The notes below the pieces were generated by a model. It ran no database searches, was not told where the DNA came from, and was given only the letters and a program-made list of their open reading frames with translations. Positions 1 through 10,830 of a DNA stretch of 64,000 bases are shown in pieces. The position numbers were made by a program, and so were the translations under genes. The DNA lies in assembly GCA_016748015.1 (NCBI GenBank), contig JAAOMT010000778.1, positions 66,945 through 130,944 on the forward strand. The letters run 5' to 3'. Positions within the stretch are counted from its first letter, which is position 1. Each line of letters begins with the position of its first letter. Source of the DNA: Geosiphon pyriformis uo1 (lineage: Eukaryota; Fungi; Glomeromycota).

Positions 1-529
1 CCAAAAGAAACATAATAGATAATTGATGCTGAATGTTTAGCATAAATGAATACCAGTCTGCTTTTATCTTTCTCTGATAATACTCTATAAAATAAACTAC
101 TAAAAAGAGTTTTTCTACTTATAGAGCAGTCCAATAACATATGACTCAATTTCTCATACTTAACATATTTTACAAAACCTAAACAAAACCAGTACAAAGT
201 GACACTTCTTAAAACTAACATAGTTCTTATAACACCATCCAGTAACTTAGTTAAGTTGAAACAAACAACTGCATATCTGGTCTGAGCATATAAAACTAAA
301 TGTCAATTAATAACACATGTTTTTCATTTACAGAACCAATAAAATTCCAAATGTTATGAGCATTTGTTCCTATTGGTAATATATAAAGAAGTGTTTTATA
401 ACAATCTTTTGTATCTCATGTTATTTTATTCAGATCTGTCCTGGCTATACACCATTACTCATAGAATATAGAAAATATAGTATTATTAGTCAGTAGATAT
501 TAGCCAATTAGATATAGACATAGTAAATG

Positions 530-657
530 TGGAATTCCAGGATTCCTCTCAGAGGAATTGCAGAATTCCAGAAATTTCAGGATTCCCCAATGAGAAATCG
601 CAGGATTCCAGAAATTCCAGGATTCCTGTCACAAGAAATTGAGGAATTGAGGAATCT
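530..657 (+). repeat. Degenerate GGAATTCCA/GGATTCCAG tandem repeats in the solo LTR
   Basis: Repeated ggaattccag/ggattcc units are directly visible. Confidence 0.8.
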
Positions 658-950
658 CAAATATGTATATATAACAGTAGCATTAGAAGCAGAAAAGACA
701 GACTCAATACCAAGAATACTTAGCTTAGTTACCACAATCTTCAAATAAATAATTATTCACTATATCAAATCTATTCTTTGCTACCAACACTTCATGTTAA
801 TAGTAACTAATACTTAACCATACTGGAACAATAGCTCTTGATCACGGCTATTGACAGAATACTAATTTGCAAATCGCCTTGGCTTACTTCTTATTTCTCT
901 CTTTTATCTTTCTTTATTTTTTTTGTTGTCTACTAACTTGATTAAAGGAT

Positions 951-1070
951 TTACTCTTGGAGGACTTACAGAGGAATAACACATACTTAAAGAATACTTA
1001 CTCTTGGAGGACTTATGGAGGAATAAACTTGCTTAAACAATACTTACTCTTGGAGAACTTACAGAAGAAC
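951..1070 (+). repeat. Three tandem ~46-47 bp units in the solo LTR
   Basis: TTACTCTTGGAGGACTTA starts at 951, 998 and 1044 (third copy has one mismatch). Confidence 0.85.
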
Positions 1071-2679
1071 TGATGTCAGGAAACAGCACTGGTATATACT
1101 TACAGAAAATATTGTACCAGAAGAATCATCAACCATCAAGCTGAGCAAACAATTGACGAAACTACAGTTTCAGGAAACTACTGATAAACTGTTACCAGTG
1201 AATCTCTGTCCATTATACAAAAAACTCAATTGGAAAAATCTTCAGATAAAATACCTTCAGATTATTATTGTTACTAATTGCTTTGAGCACCAAGTTATGA
1301 GTTTGTTATTTGATTTGAGACCCCAAAGAATCACCTGTAACAACACACAGCATCTTTTTTAATTAAGATGAACTATTTTACTGTAACCAAATCACTCTGA
1401 TTTGATTGGTCAAACTCTATTACAGCTTTTTGCCAAAGTCTCACCAATTGTATTTTAATCAACTTAATCAACCCAAACTCGGATAACATAGTGTATACAG
1501 TCTTAATTAATGTTTCAATTGGGATTTTTTTTATTATCACAGCTTAATTTAAATGCCCAATAGATTTTTTGAAATTAGTATTAACCAAGATTTTCACATC
1601 TTTAGCCTTTTCAGTAGTTTGTATTAAACTCAATTCAGAAATGAATATTGTTTTGATAATGCCAGCAAATTTTAAGGAAATAAATGTCTCTTCAAAACTA
1701 TTGACTTTTGAAAATAACTTTCTAACTATTACAAGCTTTTCTTGAGAAAATTTTCCAGTTATTTTATCCAATTTAATATTCAAAGTAAATGACTTTTTAA
1801 TGGAAACAACAACCAAATTCTTCAAAAGAAGAGAGAGAATTAGTGGAATATCCAACAAAATATTATTATTATTACCATTACTTAAAAAATTTATCTTGTT
1901 CAACAGTTTTTTCAAAGTCTTTTTGATATTAATATACAAATTTTTTGGCATTTAGTTGGCATTTTTGCTATTAAAAGTGGTTTTACTACCATAGTCAAAA
2001 CTAGTTTTCTTGATCAAACACTTCTCTTTTATGTTAACATTATCAGATTTAATAGTATTACTAGCTTCTGAATTCCAAAAACAACTAACTAATCTTTTAG
2101 CAAAAACTTCTTTAGTCTTAACATTATCTTCCAAAATACTATCTTTTTTTTTTTTAATAATACAAATTTAAAATCATTAGCTGAACCAGAATTTTTAACA
2201 GTCTTTTTTATAACAACAATACTAAAACTAATAGTGATCTTATAATCAAACAAAAATGGTTTGGATTTATCATACTGAATGGTAAAAAACTTTTTTTAAA
2301 AAATTTTTTGACTCTTTTTTGGGGTTTTAGAACAAAAAAAAGGAAAAAGTTTATCAAAAAATTACTGATTTTTTTATTATTTGTTATTTAAAAATATTTT
2401 TTATAAATAAACTAATTATTAATAAGAAATTTTTAATAATTTAATATAATAATTAATTAAAGTATTATTCAAATTTTAATAAATTATTTATAATTATAAC
2501 AAAATATATTCAAAACAATATTTGAATTAATTTTATTACAAATTAATTTAAATAAAAAAATATTTTATTGTATATATTAGCCAAAATATTAATTTTATTA
2601 AAAAAATTATAGTATAACTAATTTAAAATATTTAACTATTTATTAAACTATAAAAATAATATATATGTAATAATTTGGT

Positions 2680-2968
2680 ACTTTCCACTATTCATGAATT
2701 TTCATCTTTGCTTTTTGACAATATTATTAGGTTACTTGGTATTATAAAGATACATGATATTGGTTTTGGTTTTTACAAGTCTTGCAGTTTTTTTTTTGGT
2801 ATTAATAGCTCTGTTTCTGTTATGATGAATTTATAGTGTTGCTTTGACTAGTTTGAGTGACTGGTTATGTATAGAAAGTACATGATTTGTATTTAGTTTA
2901 AATTACTTGGTTTGATGTATTGTATTAGGTAGTATTTAGATCTTACTCATAAAACATTAAAAAAAAAA
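2680..2968 (+). mobile_element. 5'-truncated LINE 3' fragment (end of ORF2, structured 3' UTR, A tail)
   Basis: ttggttttggtttttacaagtcttgc matches ORF2 GFGFHKSC. The 3' UTR is similar to 15516-15630. Confidence 0.75.
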
Positions 2969-4671
2969 TATTATTATTATTTTAGTTGGTTTTTTAATGT
3001 ATATATTAATCATAAAAAATTAATATATTATTTATTAAACTAAAAAATATTTAATAAAAATATTTATAATTAAAAAAATATATATGTTAATTTTAATAAT
3101 TTATTAAAATAAAACAAATCTAATTTATTAAAATAAAACAATCTAATTTATTTTTTATAAATAATCTAATTTATTAATATTTAATACAATATTTAATAAT
3201 GCTTAAATTTTAAAAAAAACAATTAATATCTAAAAACAATTAAAAAACTATTTTATTTAAAACAAAATTTTATATTATTAAAATTGTAAAAATACAAATA
3301 GTTTTTTATAAGTTATTTAAAACATTAAAAATTTTTTTTATAATATATTGTATATTTAAATTTTATATTTAGATATTTTTCTAAAAAAACTATTATTAAA
3401 AAAACAATTAATCTGTATTACTAATTTACAATATATAAAAACATTATTAAATATATATAAAACTATAATATTAACCAAAAATAAATAAAACAAACAAAGT
3501 TATTATAAATAATTTTAATTAAAAATCTATTTAATAAGATTAAAATTAATTTAATAAAACTTTTTTTTGTTATTTTTTAAAAAAATCAAAATATTATTGT
3601 TGTTATTAATTATTTACTAATATATAAAATTGGTTAATTAATTTGTTTTGGTTTAATAAAAGAGTTTTTGGTTTCTGATTTGTTTTTTAAAACTAAAAAA
3701 ATATTATTATTATTTGTATAAACTTTTTTGTGTTGTTTATTTAATATAGTTTTAATTAATTCAAATAATTAATTACATATAACAAATATGTAAATTGCAT
3801 CTATTTTAAAGTTTTCTATTGTTTTATTATTAAGCTGTATAATATTAAATAACAGCTAGACAATACTTATTATTATAAAAAAAAACATATATAAACAAAT
3901 TTAAATTACATGTTTTAAGTAATATAAATATTTTGGAAAATTTTATTACATTTGATTTTTTCTTATTTAAATATACCAAAATAAATAATATAAAAATGCT
4001 TTTACTTAATTTGTTGCTCAAAAAGCTTATTTGTAAAACAAACTTGTTATTTGCATTTTAAGATTTTTATATCATGTAATGTTTTGATTTGTTATTTAAA
4101 AAAAATTTCATTAAAAATAATTATATTTATTAATTTTTGTATTTAAGTAATTTTTTTACTGTTTTTTAGTACAAAAATCAGCTTTTAGTTGTTTAATTAG
4201 TTAATTTTTATATTTTAATAAAAATAACCCAGAAACAAAGATGTTTGTGTCATTTTTTATTTAGCTTTTACTCGCGTCTCTTTAAGGAATGTAGTCACTT
4301 GGAATTGAAATTCCAGTAAGAATTCTATGATAAAAAATGTCATCACTCTAAAGAATTCTCCATGTTTATTTCTTTGGCTGTTTCAAAACTCAAGCTAAAA
4401 ACATCATATTATAGATAATAGCAAGCAAAGTGAGAAATCGGGACACCGAATTTTAGTGTGTAACTAACGGAATTCCTTGTCACGTGATAAAGTGTAATGT
4501 GATATTATTTGGTCTGCAGCATACCCCATTTCAGTGTTTAATAATACTTTTAATAAGGTGTCCGAAAAAATCTGATTGCTCTAACTATGAGACTTATAAT
4601 CAATAAATATTAGTTCTGGAATTAGGGGAAAAATAAAGCTAAATATAATCGTAATCCACAGTTCGACACCA

Positions 4672-7107
4672 TCACTCATCTTCTTTCTCATACCCCCGAC
4701 GATGCCAAATTCGAAGAGTTGCATCATCCGAACAAGAGGCGATCTGGAAAAAATGTGATTAAAGTTGATTCATATTTAATTTATAACTTTTCTATTTTTG
4801 CACAAACCGTATCAAATCCCTTTGAACCCCAAGCGATACTTGTGACTTCTTGTTCATGGCCATATAAGATTATAGGTGGTTGTTCGGGTGCATCAATTTC
4901 CCAGATATATAATGCTTTATCACTTGATCCACTGACTAAATATCGATCATCAGGCGAAATTGCTATTCGCACATAAAATGATGAACACCTATAAGTAGGG
5001 TGAGTGAACCGAGCTAAGGGTGCTCCTAACTTGGTCGCGTCATATACGTAGATACTGGAATATGGTAATGTGAGCCAGTGAGTAATTATTTTATTTTATG
5101 GAATGTCAATTTTGAGCTTACTAGTTGTCGGTACTGTTGGCAAATAGCCTTTGCCCACTGTTGTCCAAGGCCAATGTTGATATTCCTATTGATCAACAAT
5201 TTTCAGTTGAATATTCCTAAGATTTAATTCTTCACATGAATATAGTTTTACCATGAGGACGTTTCGCCGTAGAGCAACTGATTGAAGTCTCTAAAAGTTT
5301 ATTGCGTGAGGTCCCTGAGATGTCCCAACATTTTATGATCCTGCAACATCAAGACAATAATATTTAGTTCAATATTTTTTTCACTTGTTTAATTAGAGTT
5401 TAGAAATGGAAACAATACCCGTCAACAGCCCCTGATGTCGCCAAATGGTTTGCATGTTTCAAGAACTGAACTCCTGTCACACTGTTGGTCGGGGTGCTCT
5501 ATTGATTAGGGAAAAATAGCAGCATTTCAATAACACAGAAAATTATAATCCTAAAACTTTTCAGTATACCAGGATAAGTTATGAACCCTTATTGGATTTG
5601 GGTCACTCAACCGATTCTTTTTACTTGAAGTCATGGGGCTATGTGGCGATGAAATGGTGAGGGTTGAGTTAAGATGTAGCTCTGTGATATCAAATTTATA
5701 TGTTAGGATGAAATTTAAATATGATAAATCAAAATTAGCTGCTCATTAAAGATAGTAACCTCCATCAACTGTTTTAAGAGGATTCTTGCGAGAATCCCAA
5801 ATACGGATGTTCCCATCTCTAGAGGCTGTAGCCCATATAACTAAAAATTAAATACTAATTGTTATGATATGCGTTGTTTATATACTATCTGTATGGTTAA
5901 TACTAAGAAGACTCACATGGACTTTCGGGATGGGCGGCAATGGATTTAATACTACAAGTATGACCTTGGAAAATAGCGGTGCATTCCTTTGTCTCGACAT
6001 CCCATAAACGCGCAGATTGATCACCTGAGGCAGTGGCCTAATAAAAACATGCAAGAATCTTTAGGATAATATGCTTTAAATTTAAATGGAACCAATCCCG
6101 ACTTACTAAAGTTCGATCATCTAAACTCCATTGAATGTCGAAAATAGCATTATTGTGAGCATTGAATCGTGTGCGGGATTGCTCTTTTAATTAAGAAAAA
6201 GGTACCAAAATAGTGAATATTGATGTTATTAAGTGTTTACTACAAACTCGAATATTTTATCAATATACCCATCTCAATCCTGTTGTCCCATCTGGAGTCA
6301 ATTAAGGAAATCGTCCCTTCTTCATCTGCCACAGCGAGAAGACTCCCGTCTTTAACAGCTAAATGAGATTCTCATATTAGAATCAATTAGAATTAATTAA
6401 ACCTACGTTAACATAGAAATACCATACAATGAGTGAAGGTGCATGCGAATGGTGCAACATATCGATTTTCTCCATAGAAACGATAAACATCATTCTCAGT
6501 GCTTATGAAGTCTTTCATCATAAATCTTGTAGAAGCTAAATTTATTTCAATCATGTAATTAATTGGAGGAATCTTAAAGGTAAATGGGTGAATCCAAATT
6601 ACCTTTCCAAGTTTTTCCAGAAAGAAGTGAGCCACCATGAGTTGTTCCCCAAAGTTCTCTTCTCCACAATATATGAAAAGGCCCTAGTTTATTGTGTTGG
6701 ATCCTCCATATTTTGTTTTCAAACTCGTGGCCGGGTTTCGCATTTGCTCGTCCTGCTTGGGAATATTTTTTTTCAAAGAAATTCGCTGTATTTTCAGTCC
6801 CAAGGCAGATCTTTGCTCTTTTACATGGCGGTGGTGTAAAATCTGGCTCTAATTCATCGGAAAATAGCCGATTTCTGATTGAGTTAAATTTTGAAGACCC
6901 CGTTTCTATTTCATCATTGAATAATCGGCTTCTTTCGGAACGTGTGATGTCAGATAATGGTGCTCTTAAGTACTGTCGCAGAGGTGACCTCTGAGAAGTG
7001 TTTTTCTGGGAGCGTTGTGGTGTATTTTCGTCTGCTTTGATGTATTGACGAATAGGTGATCGCTGAGAAGGACGCTTTTGTGAGCGTGGCTGAATACTCT
7101 CACTCAT
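4672..7107 (-). CDS. CDT2: CDT2/DTL (denticleless) WD40 substrate receptor of CRL4 ubiquitin ligase; ~12 exons
   Basis: Exons joined by GT-AG introns give LAVADEEGTISLID, AHNNAIFDIQW, ATASGDQSARLWDV, GHTCSIKSI, ATASRDGNIRIWD, SSFYVRIAISPDDRYLVSGSSD, GHEQEVT and IASCSDDATLRIW. The ATG is at 7107, the first donor follows 6603, and the TGA is at 4672-4674. Confidence 0.88.
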
Positions 7108-7321
7108 GCTTTCAAAGCTTTAAATTTTGGAATGTGACGCGGTAGCTAACAGATGTTCTTCAACTAAACCTGTTGTAGTTTCAACAATGAAGAAAGGTCT
7201 GTATGAATTTTGCGAAAAACAATTGCATTCAAGGCATCAACTTCACCTTTCGACTCGCTTGATATGAAGTTTGCAAGAAAAACCTGTCTCAGGACAAAAG
7301 ATTCACATTCAACGTGTTCAA

Positions 7322-7327
7322 ACGCGT
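7322..7327. promoter_or_regulatory. MCB-like element ACGCGT upstream of CDT2
   Basis: An exact ACGCGT lies 215 bp upstream of the ATG, with further CGCG cores near 7138 and 7439. S. pombe cdt2 is an MBF/MCB target. Confidence 0.45.
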
Positions 7328-8943
7328 CTTTATCGAAAGAATTTTGTGTCACATGATGACCGGGATCAGATGAATATTGCTGATGAAAGGATTTGCTTAA
7401 TAATGTTTATCAATAAAAATGCTTATTAGGCTCAAAATCGCGGGTGTAATTTAACTACATAAAACAAATATACATATTTTAAATAAATACAGCTTATGCA
7501 CTTTTTACATATAACTGTTATTTAAGTTAATTAATTTAAATCAGTTTTTTTAAATAATATTACTAAAAATGTTTTATTATTATTAACAGTTTTACTTTTA
7601 AATATGTTTTAATTTTAATTTTAATTTTTGTATTAAAATTGCTTAATTTAAGTAAAAACAATTATTATATTGCTGTTTTTTTTTAACAAAAATTTTTTTT
7701 AGATATAATAACCAAGTTATTTTGTTTATTTAAAATTTAATTTAATATTATAATTTATTAAAAATTTTAAATGTTTAAGTTATTTAATTTCTAATTTTAA
7801 TTTAATAATATTATATTTAAATACTAAAAATTTAAACTTTTTTTTTAATAAAATGTAGTTTTTTTACTATTTATTTAGTTTATAATAAAATATATTATAA
7901 TTATAAACTTAAATTATATAGTTTTAACATAATTAGTTATTTAAACTTATGTTAAAACAATATTAAGCTGAATTTAATAAAAAAAAACTTATTTATAATA
8001 TTTATTTTATGCATTATTTAAAACTAAATTACTGTTATAAATAAAATAAACAGCTTTTTATACAAGAAATTACAATATATATTATAAAAATTAACATTAA
8101 AATCAAATAAAAAATTTATATTATTAAATTTAATTCAATAATATTAATTAACAACAAAAAAATAAAAAATTAATAATTAATTTAATCATAATAAAATCAT
8201 AATTCAATTTAATAAAAGATCTAAATTAAATATAAAAAATCTTAATAAATTAAAAAACACCAATAAAATTTAATATTTATTATATTTTAATACTTTTATA
8301 TATTTCTATTAATATAATATTTTAGATTTATAATTATAGTTCAAAAATAATTATTAAAAATTATAATTAATTAATTAGTTTTAATTATGTTAATTATAAT
8401 TATAATTAATATTTTAAATTTAATTATTTAAATAATTAACTTATAAAAATATAAAAAAACTTATTTTTTATTTATTTTAAATTCTTTAGAGAATTTATTT
8501 TAAATAAAAAGTTTTTTGATTTTATATTCATAATTTTTCAAAAAAACTTTTTTGTAATAAAATTAACAAATATTTTTAATAATAATATATTTAAAAAGAA
8601 GATAACTAAAAAGTTTTTTATAGACTAATAAATAGTATTTTTTTTTAAAAAAAAAGTTTTAATTAACAATATAAAATATTTAATTAATTATAAAACATTT
8701 AATTAATAATAAAACTTGTACTAAAATGTTTTTTTATATTAAAAACAAGTTAAATAATAAAAATAATAGTATTTTTTTAGCTAATAGTACAAATCTAATA
8801 ATAAAAATAAAACAATTCAAAACTTTTTTCTCTTCTACATTCCAAATTCCCCAAAGAGCACGTTTTTGAAAGAAGTTTTTTTTGTTTTTTGTTTTTTCTA
8901 CTTGTTATATTTCACTATTTCTCTTACAAATAATCCATTTGTT

Positions 8944-10830
8944 GTGGACCTGGAAGCTGTTCCCAGTGGTAGTATGTTGAATAAAAAAGCTCCTGTTGAT
9001 GCTTTTTCTGGTTTTACTGGTGGCCCCTTCTCTCAAAAGAAAAGAGTTTCCCTTTACCATATGATTCAGTCTGGTAATAAACATGAAACTGCTTTGGCCA
9101 AACCTTATTCTAAAGGAAGTCAATACTCGGATATGGAAAGTGATTCTGGTAACAGTGTTGCTAGTGACATATTGGCTGGTGGTGGTGATGGTTCTCTTCT
9201 CAGCTCGACTGCAACAATTCCTAAGGCAAAGAGTGTTAAGAATAATCTGAATTGCGGTTCCCCTTTCAGTTTCTTGGATTATAACATGGACAATGATGAT
9301 GGTGGTCCCCTCCCTCCTTCTCTTGGTATCTCTCTGGACAGGATTTGGTTAGACCCTAAAATTATTAAGACTCAAGTAGAAGTAGCAGTTAAGAAATCTT
9401 TCACTTTGGACATCAATCTTTCGGCTGTGGAAGGGAAATTGGCAATGTCTAAAACTCAGGTCATAAGGAAATTGTTTTCACGAATCAATAGTTTTGGAGG
9501 GGCCACTACCTCCTCAAAATTTGAAGAAATCATCAGATCGACGTTCACTTCATCAGAAAGCATGGAAAAGGCTGCCTTATTGGCCAAAAAAAATGACATT
9601 GTAGTAAACAGCGATCTTAAGAGACAAGAAGTTTGTTCAGATTGGGCAGTGGTCATCAAAGAAATTCCCATGAATACGCCAAAAGAAATAATTGTCGCCG
9701 CAGTGTCTGAATTTGGTCAAGTGGTGTCAATCCGATTGCAATTCATTGGGCTGTGGCAAAAGGCTGTGGTGGAGTTTGCCGAATCAAGTCAGGCAGATCA
9801 GTTGGCAGCTAAGTGGTCATTCTTAATTGGGAAAGATTTAGTGTGTGTGGCCAAGGCTGTGCAGAATTGTGAGACATGGGCATCTAAAGATTGGTATAGA
9901 GCACTTTTGTTTACTTTGCCAGTGGGAACAATGGCTCATGATCTTGGCAATCTTTTGGTGGGGGCTGGTGGGAAAACTTGTGTCATAAATTGTTCTTTAA
10001 ACACTGGCAATAGAATTCGTTGTGCTGTGATTTGTTTTGAGAATGACGAGGATTTGGAGTCTGCATTTTGTATGGAGCCTGTTTTTGGTGGGGTGAAACT
10101 TTCTTGGGCTAGATTGAACCTGGTTCGGTGTAAATGGTGTGGGAAACTTGGTCATTCAGTTCTGGAGTGTGATGCTAAGGTCTCACATTTTCCTAAACTT
10201 TCCAAGTCATTTAAAAAGGTTGTCTCTGATGAGAACCACCTCCAGTTGGCCAAGCTATATGCAAAAAAAAGTGTGCCTATTTCCAGACCGGCTGCATTTG
10301 GCAGCAAATCATGGGCCCAGATTGTCTCTCTAGCATCTTCATCTAATGGTTCTCACTTTGGTTCTGGTCCTGATTTTGGCTCTTCTCTTGGCGCCTCAGG
10401 TTTGGTTGGTAACTCGTCTCTTGTGGATCCTGTTAGTTCAATTTTGGAAACTTGTCTCGCTTCTCTGGAGCGCTCTTTGGAACTTCTCACAGATAAGGTG
10501 TCCGGTATTGTTAGCAAACTTGACAGTTTAAGTCTGGTGCCCTTGGCTCTCGCCTCCTCTTCTCAGCCCTTGGTTGCCCCTGGTTTAGTTGATACGAAAT
10601 TCGGTTCAAATATGGTTTTGGATGAACCTGATTCTGTGGTTGATTCTCCTTTTTTGATTTCTTCTGGTGCCTTAAGGTTGGGTTTGAGTAGTTCAAAAAT
10701 TCTGACTTCGAAAGTGGGCTGCTTGGAGTCAAAGATGGTGGCTCTCGAAGCTTTAGTTAGTTTGGTATTAGAGAAGTTAGATCAGATGTGTGCTGGCTCG
10801 GGTTCTGTGGTCTCTTTTGTACCTCAATAA
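8944..10830 (+). CDS. LINE ORF1 protein (RRM-like domains plus CCHC zinc knuckle); frame still open, true start uncertain
   Basis: The 654-codon open frame contains VVIKEIPMNTPKEIIVAAVSEFGQVVSIRL..KAVVEF (RRM-like) and CKWCGKLGHSVLEC. Confidence 0.85.
   Translation: MDLEAVPSGSMLNKKAPVDAFSGFTGGPFSQKKRVSLYHMIQSGNKHETALAKPYSKGSQYSDMESDSGNSVASDILAGGGDGSLLSSTATIPKAKSVKNNLNCGSPFSFLDYNMDNDDGGPLPPSLGISLDRIWLDPKIIKTQVEVAVKKSFTLDINLSAVEGKLAMSKTQVIRKLFSRINSFGGATTSSKFEEIIRSTFTSSESMEKAALLAKKNDIVVNSDLKRQEVCSDWAVVIKEIPMNTPKEIIVAAVSEFGQVVSIRLQFIGLWQKAVVEFAESSQADQLAAKWSFLIGKDLVCVAKAVQNCETWASKDWYRALLFTLPVGTMAHDLGNLLVGAGGKTCVINCSLNTGNRIRCAVICFENDEDLESAFCMEPVFGGVKLSWARLNLVRCKWCGKLGHSVLECDAKVSHFPKLSKSFKKVVSDENHLQLAKLYAKKSVPISRPAAFGSKSWAQIVSLASSSNGSHFGSGPDFGSSLGASGLVGNSSLVDPVSSILETCLASLERSLELLTDKVSGIVSKLDSLSLVPLALASSSQPLVAPGLVDTKFGSNMVLDEPDSVVDSPFLISSGALRLGLSSSKILTSKVGCLESKMVALEALVSLVLEKLDQMCAGSGSVVSFVPQ

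Larger units (their letters stand above)
453..1342 (+). mobile_element. Solo LTR with 4-bp TSD ACAC
   Basis: An 890-bp insert in LINE ORF1 with termini CATTAC...GTAACA (decayed TGTTAC...GTAACA) and ACAC at 449-452 and 1343-1346. Internal tandem repeats are followed by TATATATAA (~666) and AATAAA (~744). Confidence 0.75.
1..2349 (-). mobile_element. Decayed LINE, 5' end and ORF1 (continues beyond the left edge); interrupted by a solo LTR at 453-1342
   Basis: ORFs 1544-1951 and 1952-2134 (KKSFTLNIKLDKITGK..KLVIVRKLFSKVNSF) are homologous to LINE ORF1 at 8866. The sequence flanking the insert rejoins as DAVCIARTDL. The 5' end begins CTTTTT at 2349. Confidence 0.85.

Noticed and set aside
527-748. 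73-aa ORF
   Set aside because: It is a translation of the LTR tandem repeat.
951-1070. Repeat-spacer look suggesting a CRISPR array
   Set aside because: The intervening segments resemble each other, there are only three units, they lie inside a solo LTR in eukaryotic DNA, and no cas genes are present.
7164-7352. 62-aa ORF upstream of CDT2, and other short antisense ORFs over TEs and genes
   Set aside because: They have no recognisable motifs. They are shadows of coding strands or chance ORFs.
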